In this document: positions 24,230 through 36,902 of the stretch, one piece after another | Numbering within the stretch: position 1 is the stretch's first letter | Layout: each line of letters opens with the position of its first letter | NCBI GenBank assembly: GCA_023920165.1 | Contig: CP089275.1 | Span: 4,712,001-4,776,000, forward strand | Reading direction: 5' to 3' | Source of the DNA: Curvularia clavata | Lineage: Eukaryota | Length of the DNA: 64,000 bases | Position numbers and translations under genes: made by a program | Notes under the pieces: model-generated | Database searches by the model: none | Seen by the model: the letters and a program-made list of their open reading frames with translations, nothing else | Told to the model about the DNA's origin: nothing

Positions 24230-26083
24230 TCGTACTAGCCATCGTCGGAGGGATTTCAAAAAGGGAGAACAAAACAAGGAAGCTGAAGTATGACGACATG
24301 AATCAGATACACGATGTAGGGAGACATACCAAGGTGTTCGTGATCTGGCGATCGCTGCAGCTTTGAAACATCTGTCTTCGCTACCACTACACAGACACAC
24401 TTCATGGATGTAACTCAGAGATCTTGATCGGTCATACGGCTTTGTGAACACTGTGCTAGTAATACCAGAGCATTTGGTTTGTGCTTGTCATTGACGCTTT
24501 GAGTGATGGGGGTAATATCAAGACTTTCCGAGCAGTGGCTGGCGTTGAAAGCTCTTGTAGTTTAAGTAACAATAAAAAGTTAATCATACACTGTGGCGCG
24601 CCTCCAATACAAGATACTGTGGCTAGAGACAGGGACAAGTTTACCAGTGCTCAATACGACAATGCCACGCTAACGCCCCTGGTGATAGTGCGGACCAACG
24701 TTGTAAGCTATGGCCTATTGCAGCCTGACATTGCCAACAGCATCTGTATGAAAGTGTTCCCCACCGAGAAAACAAAACAACAAACATTCATGCTAGGTTC
24801 ACAACGAAACACTGACCGCTGCCCGTGCTTGTTGCACAAGCGATGTTGACCAACTCGGGCTCATCCCTGAATCCTTTCGCTGATTATTTTGCAATATGAG
24901 CAACTTTCGACTAATAATCTCATCGATACTCCACATGAGAGAGTTTGTAATTACAGTTTTCACTCCATCGACCGGGGAAAACAAAGTTCATCTCACCGGG
25001 ATGTGTAGAGAAGATCCAACAAAAGCAATTTCAGGTACAGCAAATTCTCACCGTGCTCAAGCCGACTTCCCTGCAGGAACCTCAAACCTGCCAATACATC
25101 CTTGCATATTTCACCATCTTTTGAGGGGTTTCCTATACACCGTGAACGTAGCGCGACCATTCCCTACGTCAGGGCGAAGAGCTAGGGACAGCGCTTCGGC
25201 GTTTGAGATCGTCAACACTTCATGCTGGGTCTATGAGGGCGAGCTAGACACGTCAGACGAAGGAAACATGAACAGGGTCGTATGACAGCCATTTCCATGG
25301 AAACGTTGACTTCAGTCTCGGTTAGACGTTCGACGCGTAGATCCAGACGTTGAGAGATTGCCCCTTTGGCCGTTGAGAAGTCAAGCCAGCGACCAGTTTT
25401 CTTACAGCAGCATAACGTAGGTGGCGGCCTGTAAGTCAAAGCCAGTCGTCTCGTGATGAAATGTAGCTGTAATCTAACGTACGCAGCTAAGGGGTTCTAA
25501 GGACTACCCAGTGCCTCATTGAGTGGCCAGCTTGATCTTCGGTACTCGACCCCGGCTGGGCTGGCTCGGAAGCCAAGGGTACCGGACATCAGACGCACGG
25601 AGTTCCGAAGGTGGTCATGATACACGCAACACTTGTCTTAGACCACTCGAGTCCATGTGACAGAAAATCAACATCCACGTATCAGGGTCGATGTAAAATA
25701 AATAACATCAAGGTTCTCCTTTTTGAAAGTCATAAGAACAACAAACCGTCTTGCAAAACTGTATCCACGAACTACATACCCAAGGGACTCCCATCAGACT
25801 CGCATCGGAAGCGAAGGGTCCATTTTTGCGCCTATACCTTGTTCGGTCGAGTGCAGAATGCAGTACCGTCATTGATATCAGAACAGCCTATCTCGTTTCG
25901 CAAAACCTTCGTCAGCGTCTCGCCTCTGCAGGTCTGGGGTATACCAGGCCCCCATTGCACTGCTGCGCATCAGATCAATGCGGGGGCAAACGGCGCATTC
26001 ATCTCCAGCACTTATTTAGATGACCGGACCCCATAACAAAAGCTTCGTACCGCCTAATCCAGCAAAATCACCAGTTTACCAAT

Positions 26084-27439
26084 ATGGGCGGCTATCTTTC
26101 CTCGCCGTGCAAAGAGGAGCGCAAGCACGATGTACGATATGTGGCGGAAACGGGGCCGTTTTGCGTGATTTGTGGTGGGCCGTTTGACATTGAAGGGGAA
26201 ATCTACAACATCGATCCTAAAGACCCACAGTTTTCGGTATGTCGGTTTTTCCCCTTGCAGAAGACCACCTTTTTTATGTTCCGCGGACTGATGAGAATTT
26301 TAAGTGGCTGTATGACCTTCGTCTCATTGGCAACACCCAAGACTTACAGCACCATGTAGTTGCTAGTGAAGGGTACGCGTGAGTATTTATATCTCCATGC
26401 CGTACACTTCACTAAAACGGATCCAGGAGCCCCATCAACATTTCCAGCCTGCCCGACAGCTTTCTTTCTGAACCTGCTTGCTTCAGTCTCACCGGGTCTG
26501 GTTTCTTCCACGTTGCTGGACAGGACGGACAAAACGATATTTGGATTGATGCGCTTTGTCGCATGCCAGGACATGGCACCTTGTTTCCTCTACACGATGC
26601 CTGCCTAGAGACAAGCTGTAGAGCGATAGAGCATCACCAGCTCAACCGGAAGGAATGCGAGAGAAAACCGGCGCTCGAAGTACTGATTGACTTGCTAAAC
26701 AGTTGCTTTATCGACAAGCGAGAGCGAGATGGGTCAGCTAGTTCAGCCAATGACCTCTTCAATCTGTCTTCTCACTGTAGCGTCTATGGACCCAGGAGTG
26801 TGCTAGCACTGACAAAACTGGAATGGTGGGGAGGTGGTTACGACGTAAGCCTCGACACCCTTTGCGTCAAGCATGAGGTTAACAGTTACGCAGAGATATT
26901 TTGCCAACCCGATCGAGAGAGGCAATACCACTCCTTTTGTACAACGAGTCCTACAAACGTTCCCGCGCACGAAGTACATGCCTGCTTTCACCGCACTACC
27001 GTCTCGCCAGTACCAGAGGCTGGAATGTCTCCCAAAAGAGCTTCTGGACGAGATTAGCAGTCACTTGCCTATTTCATCCGTCATAGCACTCCACCGAACA
27101 TCAAAACTCCTCGCTTTACAAACCCCACTGGACTCGAATTTCTGGCGGAACAGTCTTGGTGAGGGAAGCTTGCACCCACATGTTTGGGACCTGGATGCAA
27201 AGCGCGTCGAGCAGCTGTTACCTCAACCTGCCACTGCACCTTTGGACCCGACGGCGTCTTGGGACTGGAGAAGTGTGGCGAAACTTCTTGCGGCCAAACG
27301 GTCTCCGATCAATCGCCGTGATGATCGCTTGGTCGATGTGCCGGCTGGCTTCTGGAATCGATGCAGGATCTGGGCGACGGTTGAGGAAGCGCTGCAGGCG
27401 CGCATGAATGAGTTGGCGACAGAATTGCTGGTAACATGA
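26084..27439 (+). CDS. Hypothetical F-box-domain protein; exons about 26084-26236, 26305-26372 (or 26378), 26427-26844, 26894-27439
   Basis: N-terminal CxxCGGPF motif, WLYDLRLIG, FPLHDAC, late F-box LECLPKELLDEISSHLP, and C-terminal GFWNRCRIW. The introns restore the frame. Confidence 0.75.
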
Positions 27440-27691
27440 GCTGTGTGGATCTGTCTTTCTGTTGGAGTTCAACAACCTCAATCCTCGAAGAACAGCACTG
27501 GACATGCTTTCTATCGGCAAGCCACTCCTGGGCTTGGACGATGACCCCAGGAGTCCCGAGGCACAAGATGTTTCCATATACAACAGAGGTCTTTCGTCTA
27601 AAGTCTAAGGTAAACCCGGTCTTTCGCATCCTTCAACTCAGTGCCCGGCATCCATCCGCGTGCCCTCGAGATTGGAAATACCCACACACCT

Positions 27692-28627
27692 TTATGGCTC
27701 CGCCATGACCTGGACAAACCTCACCCAACTAGGGCCAAATTTCTCATAAAACCCGGTCGTTGCACTCGTCACGAAAAGGTACTCCGCACGCTTTTTCAGC
27801 GCCCTCGTCAGGCCTTCCACCTCATGCTCAGGAACAGAATGCACCATGTACGCTGCGCGCGACCGGTCATACGGTGACGTCGCTAGCCATTCCTGGTAGT
27901 CCTTCGTCACGAAATGCTGATATGACGTCTCCACGACGACCGTAATATCTGGTCCTGGTTTCGCCAGTCCAGCATTAACCGCTGTACCGGGGTTATGTAT
28001 GACCTTACAGCATATCCATCAGGTTAACGCATTATCTCTGTTGAAGGAAAACATACCATTCCCTTTCCCTTCTCTGTGCAGGGTAGTTCACATCTAACCC
28101 TCTCATCCACCCCATCCAAATACCTCTTGACCCTCTCATCGTACAAATTCACAGTCTCATCGACAAACACGCCCTCGACCCTCATCTTTTCGTCCTCGCG
28201 CCCGCGTGCCGCGTACACTTTGATATCCTCACAGATGTCTCCATGCGGCCGCTTACAATATGTCGCCCTGACGTATCCTAGCGTAGTCACATTCGACAGC
28301 GCATTCAGCCGTGCGATTTCGCGCACATAGTCTGCATTCGGCCACCAGGGTGGTGTGCCGGGGCCGCTGTTTGGATTCAAAATAACAAGAAAATGAAGGT
28401 GTGGGTGTTTAGAGATTCTGAAAGAAACATGTTAGTCAGGTGATTTTTGACGAGCTTGGAGGATGGTCGGAAAAGTGCGGGGAGGAGGGGAGAATACGAA
28501 AAGGGAAATAGAATCAAAGATGAGAAATTGTTTACGCTGTATACAGAGGTTCCCAGGCACCTGGGTGCGGGTAAATGTACAGAGGGAGGAGTATCTTGGA
28601 TTGGGCAGCGAGTGACATTTTCTGCAT
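27692..28627 (-). CDS. Spherulin-4-like / GH135 (Sph3-type) protein; exons 28627-28536, 28417-28057, 28003-27692
   Basis: Hallmark spherulin-4 motifs LLPLYIYP..GAW, ILNPNSGPG, LGYV, GVFVDE, HNPGT and VVVETSY. Confidence 0.88.
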
Positions 28628-28995
28628 CGATGGAACGGTGTGGTTGGTGCGAATACTTTGAAGTAGGAGGGGGGAAACCAAGTTGTTTGGTCTTTTCCTA
28701 GACCGCGACTATGCGGCTGACTAATATGTATGCAGTCAGATGCTTATGCAGTATAGGCGCCAGTGTGGATTCTTTTCGCTGCTAGGAAGGAATGGGGATT
28801 ACGGCGTGGTGGGAAGGGGGCTGGAAACGTGTTCTTTAAGGATTAAGTGAGAATGTGCTGTGCAAGGTTTCACGTAGTACTGAAAGCAGACTGGACTTAT
28901 GTATGTTCTTCACAACTATTGTATTGCAAGACGCTCTATCTATAACTACAACCACTCAAATTCATAGAGATTAGAACCTAAACTCAGCCTCAAAT

Positions 28996-30071
28996 TTAAT
29001 CCTGCACCTTGTCTAACAAGCTCTTCAGTATCTTCGCGGTGCTCTTCATGCCCTGAAGAGCATTTTCATCGGGACCCTGCCCAGGCGTCCATGTAGCGTG
29101 AGCAAAGTCAATCATCTTGACTTCCGCCAGCTTAGGCAGGACCTCTTCTTCATCCTCTTCCTCGTCCTCAGGATGGGCTGAACGCAGCTTCTGCTTCGTA
29201 TTGTTGTACTCTTCCACGTCGCCTTCATACACAAGAAGTATACTGGCACTGTACATTCTGCTCTCCTTACTCTCAAAAACCTCTTGTATATCCTTGACCT
29301 CACCCAAGAAGTACGCCAGAACCTCCCTTGCGCGGTCAAGTTCTGCTTCCGACTTGGCTCCAGGGTAGATGTACGACATGAAGCCCTCGTCCACATTCTC
29401 AGCGTTGAACTTGCGCCCGTACATTTTGTTGTACACCCAGTATCCATTCTCCTTGTCTACTTCGACGTACTCCTTCAGGTCGTCGGGGACGTCAGGTACA
29501 TCAGCGCCCTTGTAGGTGCGCATACCCGCTATCCGGAAGCCGAGGCTGCCACTTGTAGTCTCCTTACTGACGGCATCGAGGCGATCCCTCTTCTCCTGCT
29601 TCGCGGCATCGTCCCATAATCTTGCGCCGAGCTTCAAGTCCAAGACATTTGGTTTCTTGAATCCATGCGTGATGTTTTCCAGCACAATGTGCAGGTCTGT
29701 TTCAAGGTGCTTGCCATGGAGTCTCTCAATAGTGCCGTCGGCTGTTTGTATGGTACCGGTCTCGACACTTTCTGCGGCGGCTGTCTGGTCGGCGGAGAGC
29801 GACAGCCGGCCCATGAAGGTGGGGAGATGGCGGGCGAGATCTGGGTGCGCAGAGAGGGATTCATAGAAGGTGATTTCAGCGAGTGTACACGGCTTGACAA
29901 CTACGGCACCAGATTCGTCGCTGAGCACGCCTTCGCTGGAGTTGCTGGTTTAGTGTGGTAATCAAGGACATGGCTGGGCGGCAGACAGCTGCCTGCGGGT
30001 CACACGTACTGGCCTGCAGCAGCACTGCCGTATGCTTTCAACTTGGACGCGTCATATTTCTTGGTCGCCAT
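28996..30071 (-). CDS. IPK2: Inositol polyphosphate multikinase (Arg82/Ipk2-like); exons 30071-30010 and 29935-28996
   Basis: AAAGH-EG across the intron, PNVLDLKLG (PxxxDxKxG), TTSGSLGFRIAGM, SASILLVYEGD and MIDFAH. Confidence 0.88.
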
Positions 30072-30739
30072 AATGCCGGTATGTTTGGAATGCTTGGCTT
30101 GGAGATCTTGGGCTACGCGGGGTTGAGGCGGGAGTTGGAGTGCAAGCTGCCTGAGGTTGTTGTGGGGGGGTATTGAGGACCCCACTGTCGGGAGCTTGCA
30201 GGGCAACCGGCGAGTCAGGTGTCGCTGTCGTGACAGGCCATATGATTCGAATGCAATAGTACAACACCAACAGCGGGGTGGCCTGGGCACATCTCTATCC
30301 TGTCTCTTCCACAACTGGTAAAACCAGAAAATAAAGACCCAATCTACAAGTAGCCGTAGTTGTCACGGTTAATTATCATTCATTGTGTTTTACCATCCGT
30401 CCGTGAGGTGAGAGCTGGGAATGGGCGGCTGCATGTAGTCAGCATATTGGAAAGCACAAATGTGCAACAGTAGCGCTTCATCTTGGAGTGTCTATCTGAT
30501 GGCTAGAAGATAGTAGAATATGCAGAAGTGTGGCCTCGTATGTCTCTTCTATGTTTGTGCGACGTGTTTTCGGTTGTGCCAGTTACGCCTCCATTGGGTG
30601 AAGGCGCCGTGACATAATTGCGCTTGCCATTCTCATTTACTTGCAAACGCAGTAGCCCGCCGTCAACACCTATAAAATCTTACCGTAACTTCTCCCTCTT
30701 CCCTCAGTATCATTCGGGGCCTTTCAACTGACCGTCATC

Positions 30740-32706
30740 ATGGCATCTGCGGCGACGACACCCGTCGACGACGGGTCGCAAAAAGATAATACAAGCACTG
30801 CAACTCATGGCATTCCTCATTGTTATCCCGAAGGTGATAAAGGCCGTCGTCTAGTACTGAATGATGGCTCAGGGGCAGACGATACAAGCCCAGCAAATAA
30901 CAGTACCGTCCAAGATCACCCTGACGGTGACGAGATCCGCCGTCAAGTACGTTTTAATCCCTTGACCTTTAGGTGATATCTTTGGCACACTAACCCTTGT
31001 CCTAGGTAGAGTACTACTTTTCCGATGAGAACCTTCCTACCGACATGCATTTACTGCAGTGCTGCGGCGGACGCGAGAACCTTCCCGTCTCCATTAACCG
31101 CATATGCGGCTTCAAGAAGATGCGACAGTACAAGCCAAGATCCCTCGTCGTCGAAGCCCTCCGTCTAAGCACCTTCCTAGAGGTCTCCGAAGACGGCAAG
31201 ACTATCAAACGCAAGATCCCTCTGCGAGGGAAATGCGTCCTTGATCCAGACTTCTTTGATGACGAAGATATCGCCTACGACCCGCGCGTCAAGAAGCCAG
31301 CACAGTTTCCGGTACCGCTTATTCCGCAAAACAAGGCTGAGAGGAATACGCCAAAGCCTACAGGGTTCGAGAAAACGTACGCCGAGCCGCCCTTGACCGC
31401 CGGGGAAGCCGCAAAGGAGGAAGACATGTACGACCCCACGAAGCACTTTGTTGAGCGCATCGAATTGGCCATCCAGCGCTTCAAGCAAAAGCGTCGCATG
31501 CAGCCCAAGTATGCGCTTGCCTTTGAGAAGTTTGTGCGCCTTGGAGGTGTGGAGTCTGGTCCTCGCATGTACCAGGGCATCTCGAAGCAAGAAATGAAGG
31601 ACATGGATGCCGAAGAGCTTGCCAGGGCGCTTGCGACTTATCACGTACCCTGGGATCGCGCCGACGAGAGTCAGTGGGTGGTCGATTTTCAGGGTGTCAG
31701 CAAGGCCTTTCTGTAAGTCTGCTTCATCACGCGTCTCCAATGATACTAAGTGTGTAGCTCATCATACTACCCTACTCACTACGGTTATGCTCCGAGTACT
31801 GTGGACGACGCTTGTCAAGTCCTCCGATCATTCTTCAAATACCTCCAGTACCACAAAGTCTGCCCTGAGCATGACGATCAACTTGCTGCGGCACTCCAGA
31901 TCTGCGACATTGCTGAAGACCAGCTCCTCACAGTAGACGCTCTTGCCTCTGCCTTGGCGGGAGACTTCAGCAAGTCCGCCAGCCTCATCTTTGGTGGTGC
32001 TCAAGCTGGTCTCTATACTGTTAACAGATCTTGGATTGACGCTTGGATGGAGGAGTTGAAGGAGCAGGGTATGGAGTTTGAAGACACTGAATTTTCCGAA
32101 GAAGAAGCAAGGGTTAGGTTTGGTATCGCTATGGCAATCCTGGGATCGGAAGAGCAGTTCAAGCTGTACAAGTCGTCCAAACTGGAGGTCCTGGACAAGA
32201 AGTCTACCTTGCTCGAAGTGGTCGCGATCCACCTCCCGGACGATGACACTAAAGCAGCCTTCGCCGCACAAAGCAAACTTTACCAGCACAAACTAGACAT
32301 TGCACCTCTAGGCAAACTCATCTGCAAGACCTGGTACGTCGACCGTTGCGAGGTGTATGATCTTCCAAAGGATAAGTACCCTATCGGCAAGCCCTGTCCA
32401 ACTGATGACGGCGAAGAGTATGAGTTTTGGATCGAAGAAGGTATTGTTCGTAACTGCTTTATCGGTATGAAGATGGACGCGGATCTTCTGATACTGTCGG
32501 GCGACCTGGCTATCCTCGACAGAGTCAAGGAGGTCATGTGCAGCTTCTACACTTTCCTACCGAACGAGCTACTGATGGAGCGGAGGCCGAAAGAGGTGCG
32601 GTGGCTCAAGAAAGGCACGGGTCTTGATGAAGACGAAGACGAAGACGACAAGGCAAAAGAGGGCGCGGACAACGACCCGTCCGACGATGAGTTTGACGAT
32701 GAGTGA
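30740..32706 (+). CDS. arb1: Argonaute siRNA chaperone (ARC) subunit Arb1-like protein with an N-terminal La motif; exons 30740-30946, 31006-31712, 31758-32706
   Basis: La motif IRRQVEYYFSDENLPTD...GFKKMR...LEVSEDGKTIKRK, followed by Arb1-type motifs PTGFEKTYAEPP, FVERIELAIQRFKQKRR, WVVDF..VSKAFL, GMKM and SFYTFLPNEL. Confidence 0.82.
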
Positions 32707-34281
32707 GGGTTGGATCGGAGGGCAGGCTAAGGCGCTGTTTTTGTCGCAACGGGCCATGAAACAGCTGTCAAGGGCTGGAGACGGAACTTGGGGGAGGCTG
32801 TGTATGTAGAGTGGACATCAAACTTTGCCTCTGCAGGCATGCACCTCAGGACCCGATGCGAATAATGTGCTGTACATAGATGCGAAAATGCTTCTAAACA
32901 CTGTGCGGAGGGTTTTCTCGATTCCGGGCACACTGCGACTGATCACACCAACTTAGTACAGCTGCAATGCCAAAGTGAGACTTGGCTTCCTTGGTGGTTT
33001 TAGTGTTGCAAGTATAGTTGAATATAGTGCATTTTTTCCCAACAAAGCAAGTTACCTTCATCTCTTGTACCTAGTACACACACAAGGCGGCAAGGTGCAC
33101 CCTCCACGCTCAAGTTTGACCATGAGCCAGGCTGCGCCTCAGTGGTGCGCCCCAGTTTCACCCGTCGACCTCGTCCAGGTCCGCGACACCAAAGCCGAGA
33201 CTGAAACCGACAAACGGGTGCACGGCACGGGAGGACATTGACAAGTCTCGTCGGGCAGCCAAGAATTCCGTCCAATGTCTCCTCGCCTAGCCAAGGTACG
33301 CAGTCCCCCAGGCACCAGGTCCAAAGCGCGCAGATAGCGTAGCTGGGCGCGAGTTTATTTGTCGATGTCGTAAAGGCAAAAGGGCCCGCCACGTACGCAA
33401 ATGACGGCTATAGGCAATGCTCAGCAGGTCGTAGCCCTTGGCATTTGTAAACGACGAGACCTGGCACTGGGGCGCCAAGCGAGCGCTGTGTCGGAATCAC
33501 GATAGCGTGCGAGGTGTATGGCTGGCGGCCAGCAAAGCCACACGTTGCCGGTATTACAGTGCTTACCTCAGTCTGCAAGGCGCGGTGCCTGGCTGCTCGC
33601 CGTGGGTTGGATGGCGCGTTCATACTAGGTGTCCTGCATTGTACCCGTGGCAGGGGGAGGCGTCACTGTTGGTGGAGGAAATGAAGAAAAGCGTATTCTG
33701 GACAGAAGCAGGTTAGCCAGATGGGAGCCAAGCACCAAGGTCAGATCCGAGTTATCCGCCTGTCTCGCATGGGAAACGCGCACCAGGCATTTCCCAGCTG
33801 CGGCAGCGTGACGGACAGGTAGGCGGAGGGAAGCTTGGTGTCAAGGCACGCCAAGTGCTTGAGTCCTCTTAGCAAGCGGAGAAAGGGTCGACTGGTAAAA
33901 CCCAACCACAGCCCGCCGCGCGCTGAGCTTCTTAGCTTGCTCCCTTTGGTTTTGATTCCATTCACATGTTCCGCTCGGGTTGGCCTTTTAAATATAGTAT
34001 GCGGCCCTTTTGCTGTCTGATTGCCAGTCCGCCGCAACGACGACAACGACCCTAAGCTACGGTGCTGCTTTTCGCTGTGCGACATCCCCCATCGAATTCA
34101 CGCCACGACGGCGTCAAGCAAGAGCAAAAAAAAAACTACACTCGTCTCCAGAAAAGAAGGATAGGTTGGGCGTGGGGAGAAGAAAACCACTAACATTTCT
34201 CCCTCTTTTACCCCAGCACCGGCAGTTGTGCCTGGAACAAGAGGGCTGTGGAGACGCACACCGGGAGATTCCCTCGCTAGG

Positions 34282-35426
34282 ATGATGAGCGCCGCCGCCT
34301 TGCTAGTAGCTGCGCGGGCAACGTCCGACTTTCCCAAACGGGACCACGTTGGTACGTATTACTCCAACTACTTTTTCTCTTACCATAATATCTGTATCTT
34401 ACTAGACAATGTGCTATAGACACTAACGTTGCACCAGCCCAACGCATCCTCAACCCATACATTTACGACCCCTCGTGTGTCCTTGCCATCATCGGCACAG
34501 TCCTCGTCATCCTCCTCTCCATCTACTCCATCACGCAGTACCTGCGGCACCGATCATGGTTCTTCTGGGCCGCCATTATCGCCATCCTGATGCTTGATCT
34601 CGGCTTCATCTGTCGCATTGTATCGTCGTACGACGAAGGCAAAGAGTCCGCCTTCCTCGCCTCCTGGCTCATGATACTACTCGCTCCCAGCTTCCTCGCC
34701 GCTGCATGTTACATGTCATTTAGCCGCGTTATTTGGTTCAGTTGCCCAACAGAGGCCCTCAACTTCAAAACACTGTGGTGCTGGCCTGAATGGATCACGC
34801 CCTCGTTTGTCGCTTTTGACATGTTTTCTTTTCTCATCCAGCTCATCGGCGCGTCCCAGATCAGCAAGCACTATGACCATTCGCCCTCGGGCGACCGCGC
34901 TATCAGCATCTCGGAGCAGAAGGCGCTGCCGGGCCGTGTGATTTTGGTCCTGGGCTTGGTGCTTCAGATGCTGTGCTTCACCACTTTTTCCGTCGTCTCA
35001 ATTCGCTACTTTTACATGTCCCGCAAATGGCAGGCATACGACCTCGGAGACATGCATCTTTGGCGCAAGCTTTCTTACACTATCAATTTGTCTTCTATTC
35101 TCATTGCTCTGCGCGCCGTCTACCGCACCATGGAGATTCCCCATGACCGCAACTACGGCCTGCGCTACTTGCAGAGCCACGAGTGGTGCTTCTGGGCCTT
35201 CGACGCGGCGCCCATATTGTGTGTTTTGCTCATATTTGCCCTGTGGCATCCTGGCCGCTACCTTCCTCGCTCCTATACCGGCCTGCGGCTGGACAAGGTT
35301 CGGGCTGTCCAGGAGAAGGACGAAATTAGTTCCATGTGTAGCAAGAGTGTCTATGGCCAAGACACAGAGCTGAAAGAGTACAGGCCGGAGGACTTTCGCC
35401 ACGTGAGTGTTGCAGCAAAAGCATAG
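34282..35426 (+). CDS. RTA1-like 7-TM protein (lipid-translocating exporter family); exons 34282-34351 and 34438-35426
   Basis: NPYIYDPS, ILLAPSFLAAACY, FVAFDMFSFLIQLIG, LRAVYRTME and HEWCFWAFDA...HPG motifs. Confidence 0.88.
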
Positions 35427-35810
35427 CATAGCATAAAACTTAGATGGATGTGGGATGGGTTTTATTACATATCATGATACCAACGCATAGAGCGAAACGG
35501 CGTTTACGGGCTCGTTTAGAATGATACCATTTTTAATGTTACCATACTTCTTCAACTGGCAATGCTTGGTTTCCTCTCTGATGTGATCTAGTAGTCCAAT
35601 GACAAGACCCGGTAATCTTCATAGCCCTGGCAACTCGTGGGTCCGCTATGGGCGCTGCTTAATCTTGCAGGCGACATGGCTTTATCTGAATACCTTGATT
35701 CGCGGTTATCTGAATCATGCCCTCGGCTGGTTTGCATGGTGAAGTCTCATGCCGTAAGAAACGTGAGTTGAGGAGATCCTATGATGGTGCTCATATGCTA
35801 GTCCATTTCT

Positions 35811-36555
35811 TCATATATCAGACTGGTAATGGATTCTGAACTTCTTGTTCGCACGATCGGCCGATCGTGTCTGAAACTGCTCTCCGTTGATCTCAAAGGT
35901 GAGTGGCTCCTTCGGTGTCTCTCCCTCACCACAAGGGAGCGGAATTTGAAATCGGAAAATGGTGTGTTCTTTGGGTACGGCTGGATTCGTCAGATACTTA
36001 CCACTTACCTTTTGTGTCTACAGACTTACATTTAACAACGTTGTTTTTGGTTATAATTTCGAATGTGAATCTCGTGTCGCGCACAACTATACCTTCAAGG
36101 CCTACACGACTCACACACCGACTCCGCACCACGGTCACAAGCGCTCCGTGCATATCAGCAGTCGCCAGTATCTGGCCGCTTGCGTTTGGGGTGATGAGAA
36201 TGCCCTTCGAGGCATCATTCACGCCCAACACCTCCCTCATGTATCCGATCCAGAGGTTGTGTAGCCCCTCGTAGATGGAATACCTCTGTTGGTCCTTTGG
36301 GATCTCATTCAGACCTAGCGCGCGCTTCTTTGCTGCAGAGAGTGGGCGAGGCTTGTTCTTGCTACGCTTTCGGGAGGCTTCTTTACGGTCGTTGAGCGCG
36401 CGACGTCGGACAGCGCGCGCTGATGGTGTTGGCGATGTCGTGCGGATGTAAAGAGGTCGCTTTACAGCGCGTTCTTGGTAGTGCGATTCTGCGGTAGACG
36501 GAGAAAAGGCGCGGTGCAGCAGCGTTTGAGCAATGTGCGGGTTGGTGTCTGCCAT
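35811..36555 (-). CDS. POP4: RNase P/MRP subunit Pop4/Rpp29; exons 36555-36030 and 35980-35811
   Basis: LHNLWIGYMRE, ADMHGALVTVVRSRCVSRVGLEGIVVRDT, spliced VPKEHTIFRF, and RSADRANKKF. Confidence 0.9.
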
Positions 36556-36902
36556 TGCACCCAAATGTTCCACTGTAGCTGTTTCTGCGGATGCAGTGGC
36601 TTCGATGATGATGATCAGGTCAAAATTTCTTCGGGTGCCCTTGACGACAGATTACTAGGAGACTTGTATGAGCGACTCCAAGATTGCACACTGGGAAGCA
36701 AAAATTACACGGCGAATTCAGAACTTGACTCTGGGTGTCGCAACATGACGATGGGGTTCGCACAGCAGACGGCTGCGCTAGTGCGAAAGCGGGCTAGGCT
36801 TGTGGCTCGGCTATCGTTTTTCCGCCCTCACACATTCGAGGCTTCCCACGTCAAAATCGACCTCAGCTTCGACAACACCGCTAACCCGCAGCAACCGTCA
36901 AG

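Noticed and set aside
26373..26384. Two tandem in-frame 5' donors (GTACGC and GTGAGT) in the F-box gene
   Set aside because: The difference is only two codons, so this is a gene-model ambiguity, not evidence of a twin intron.
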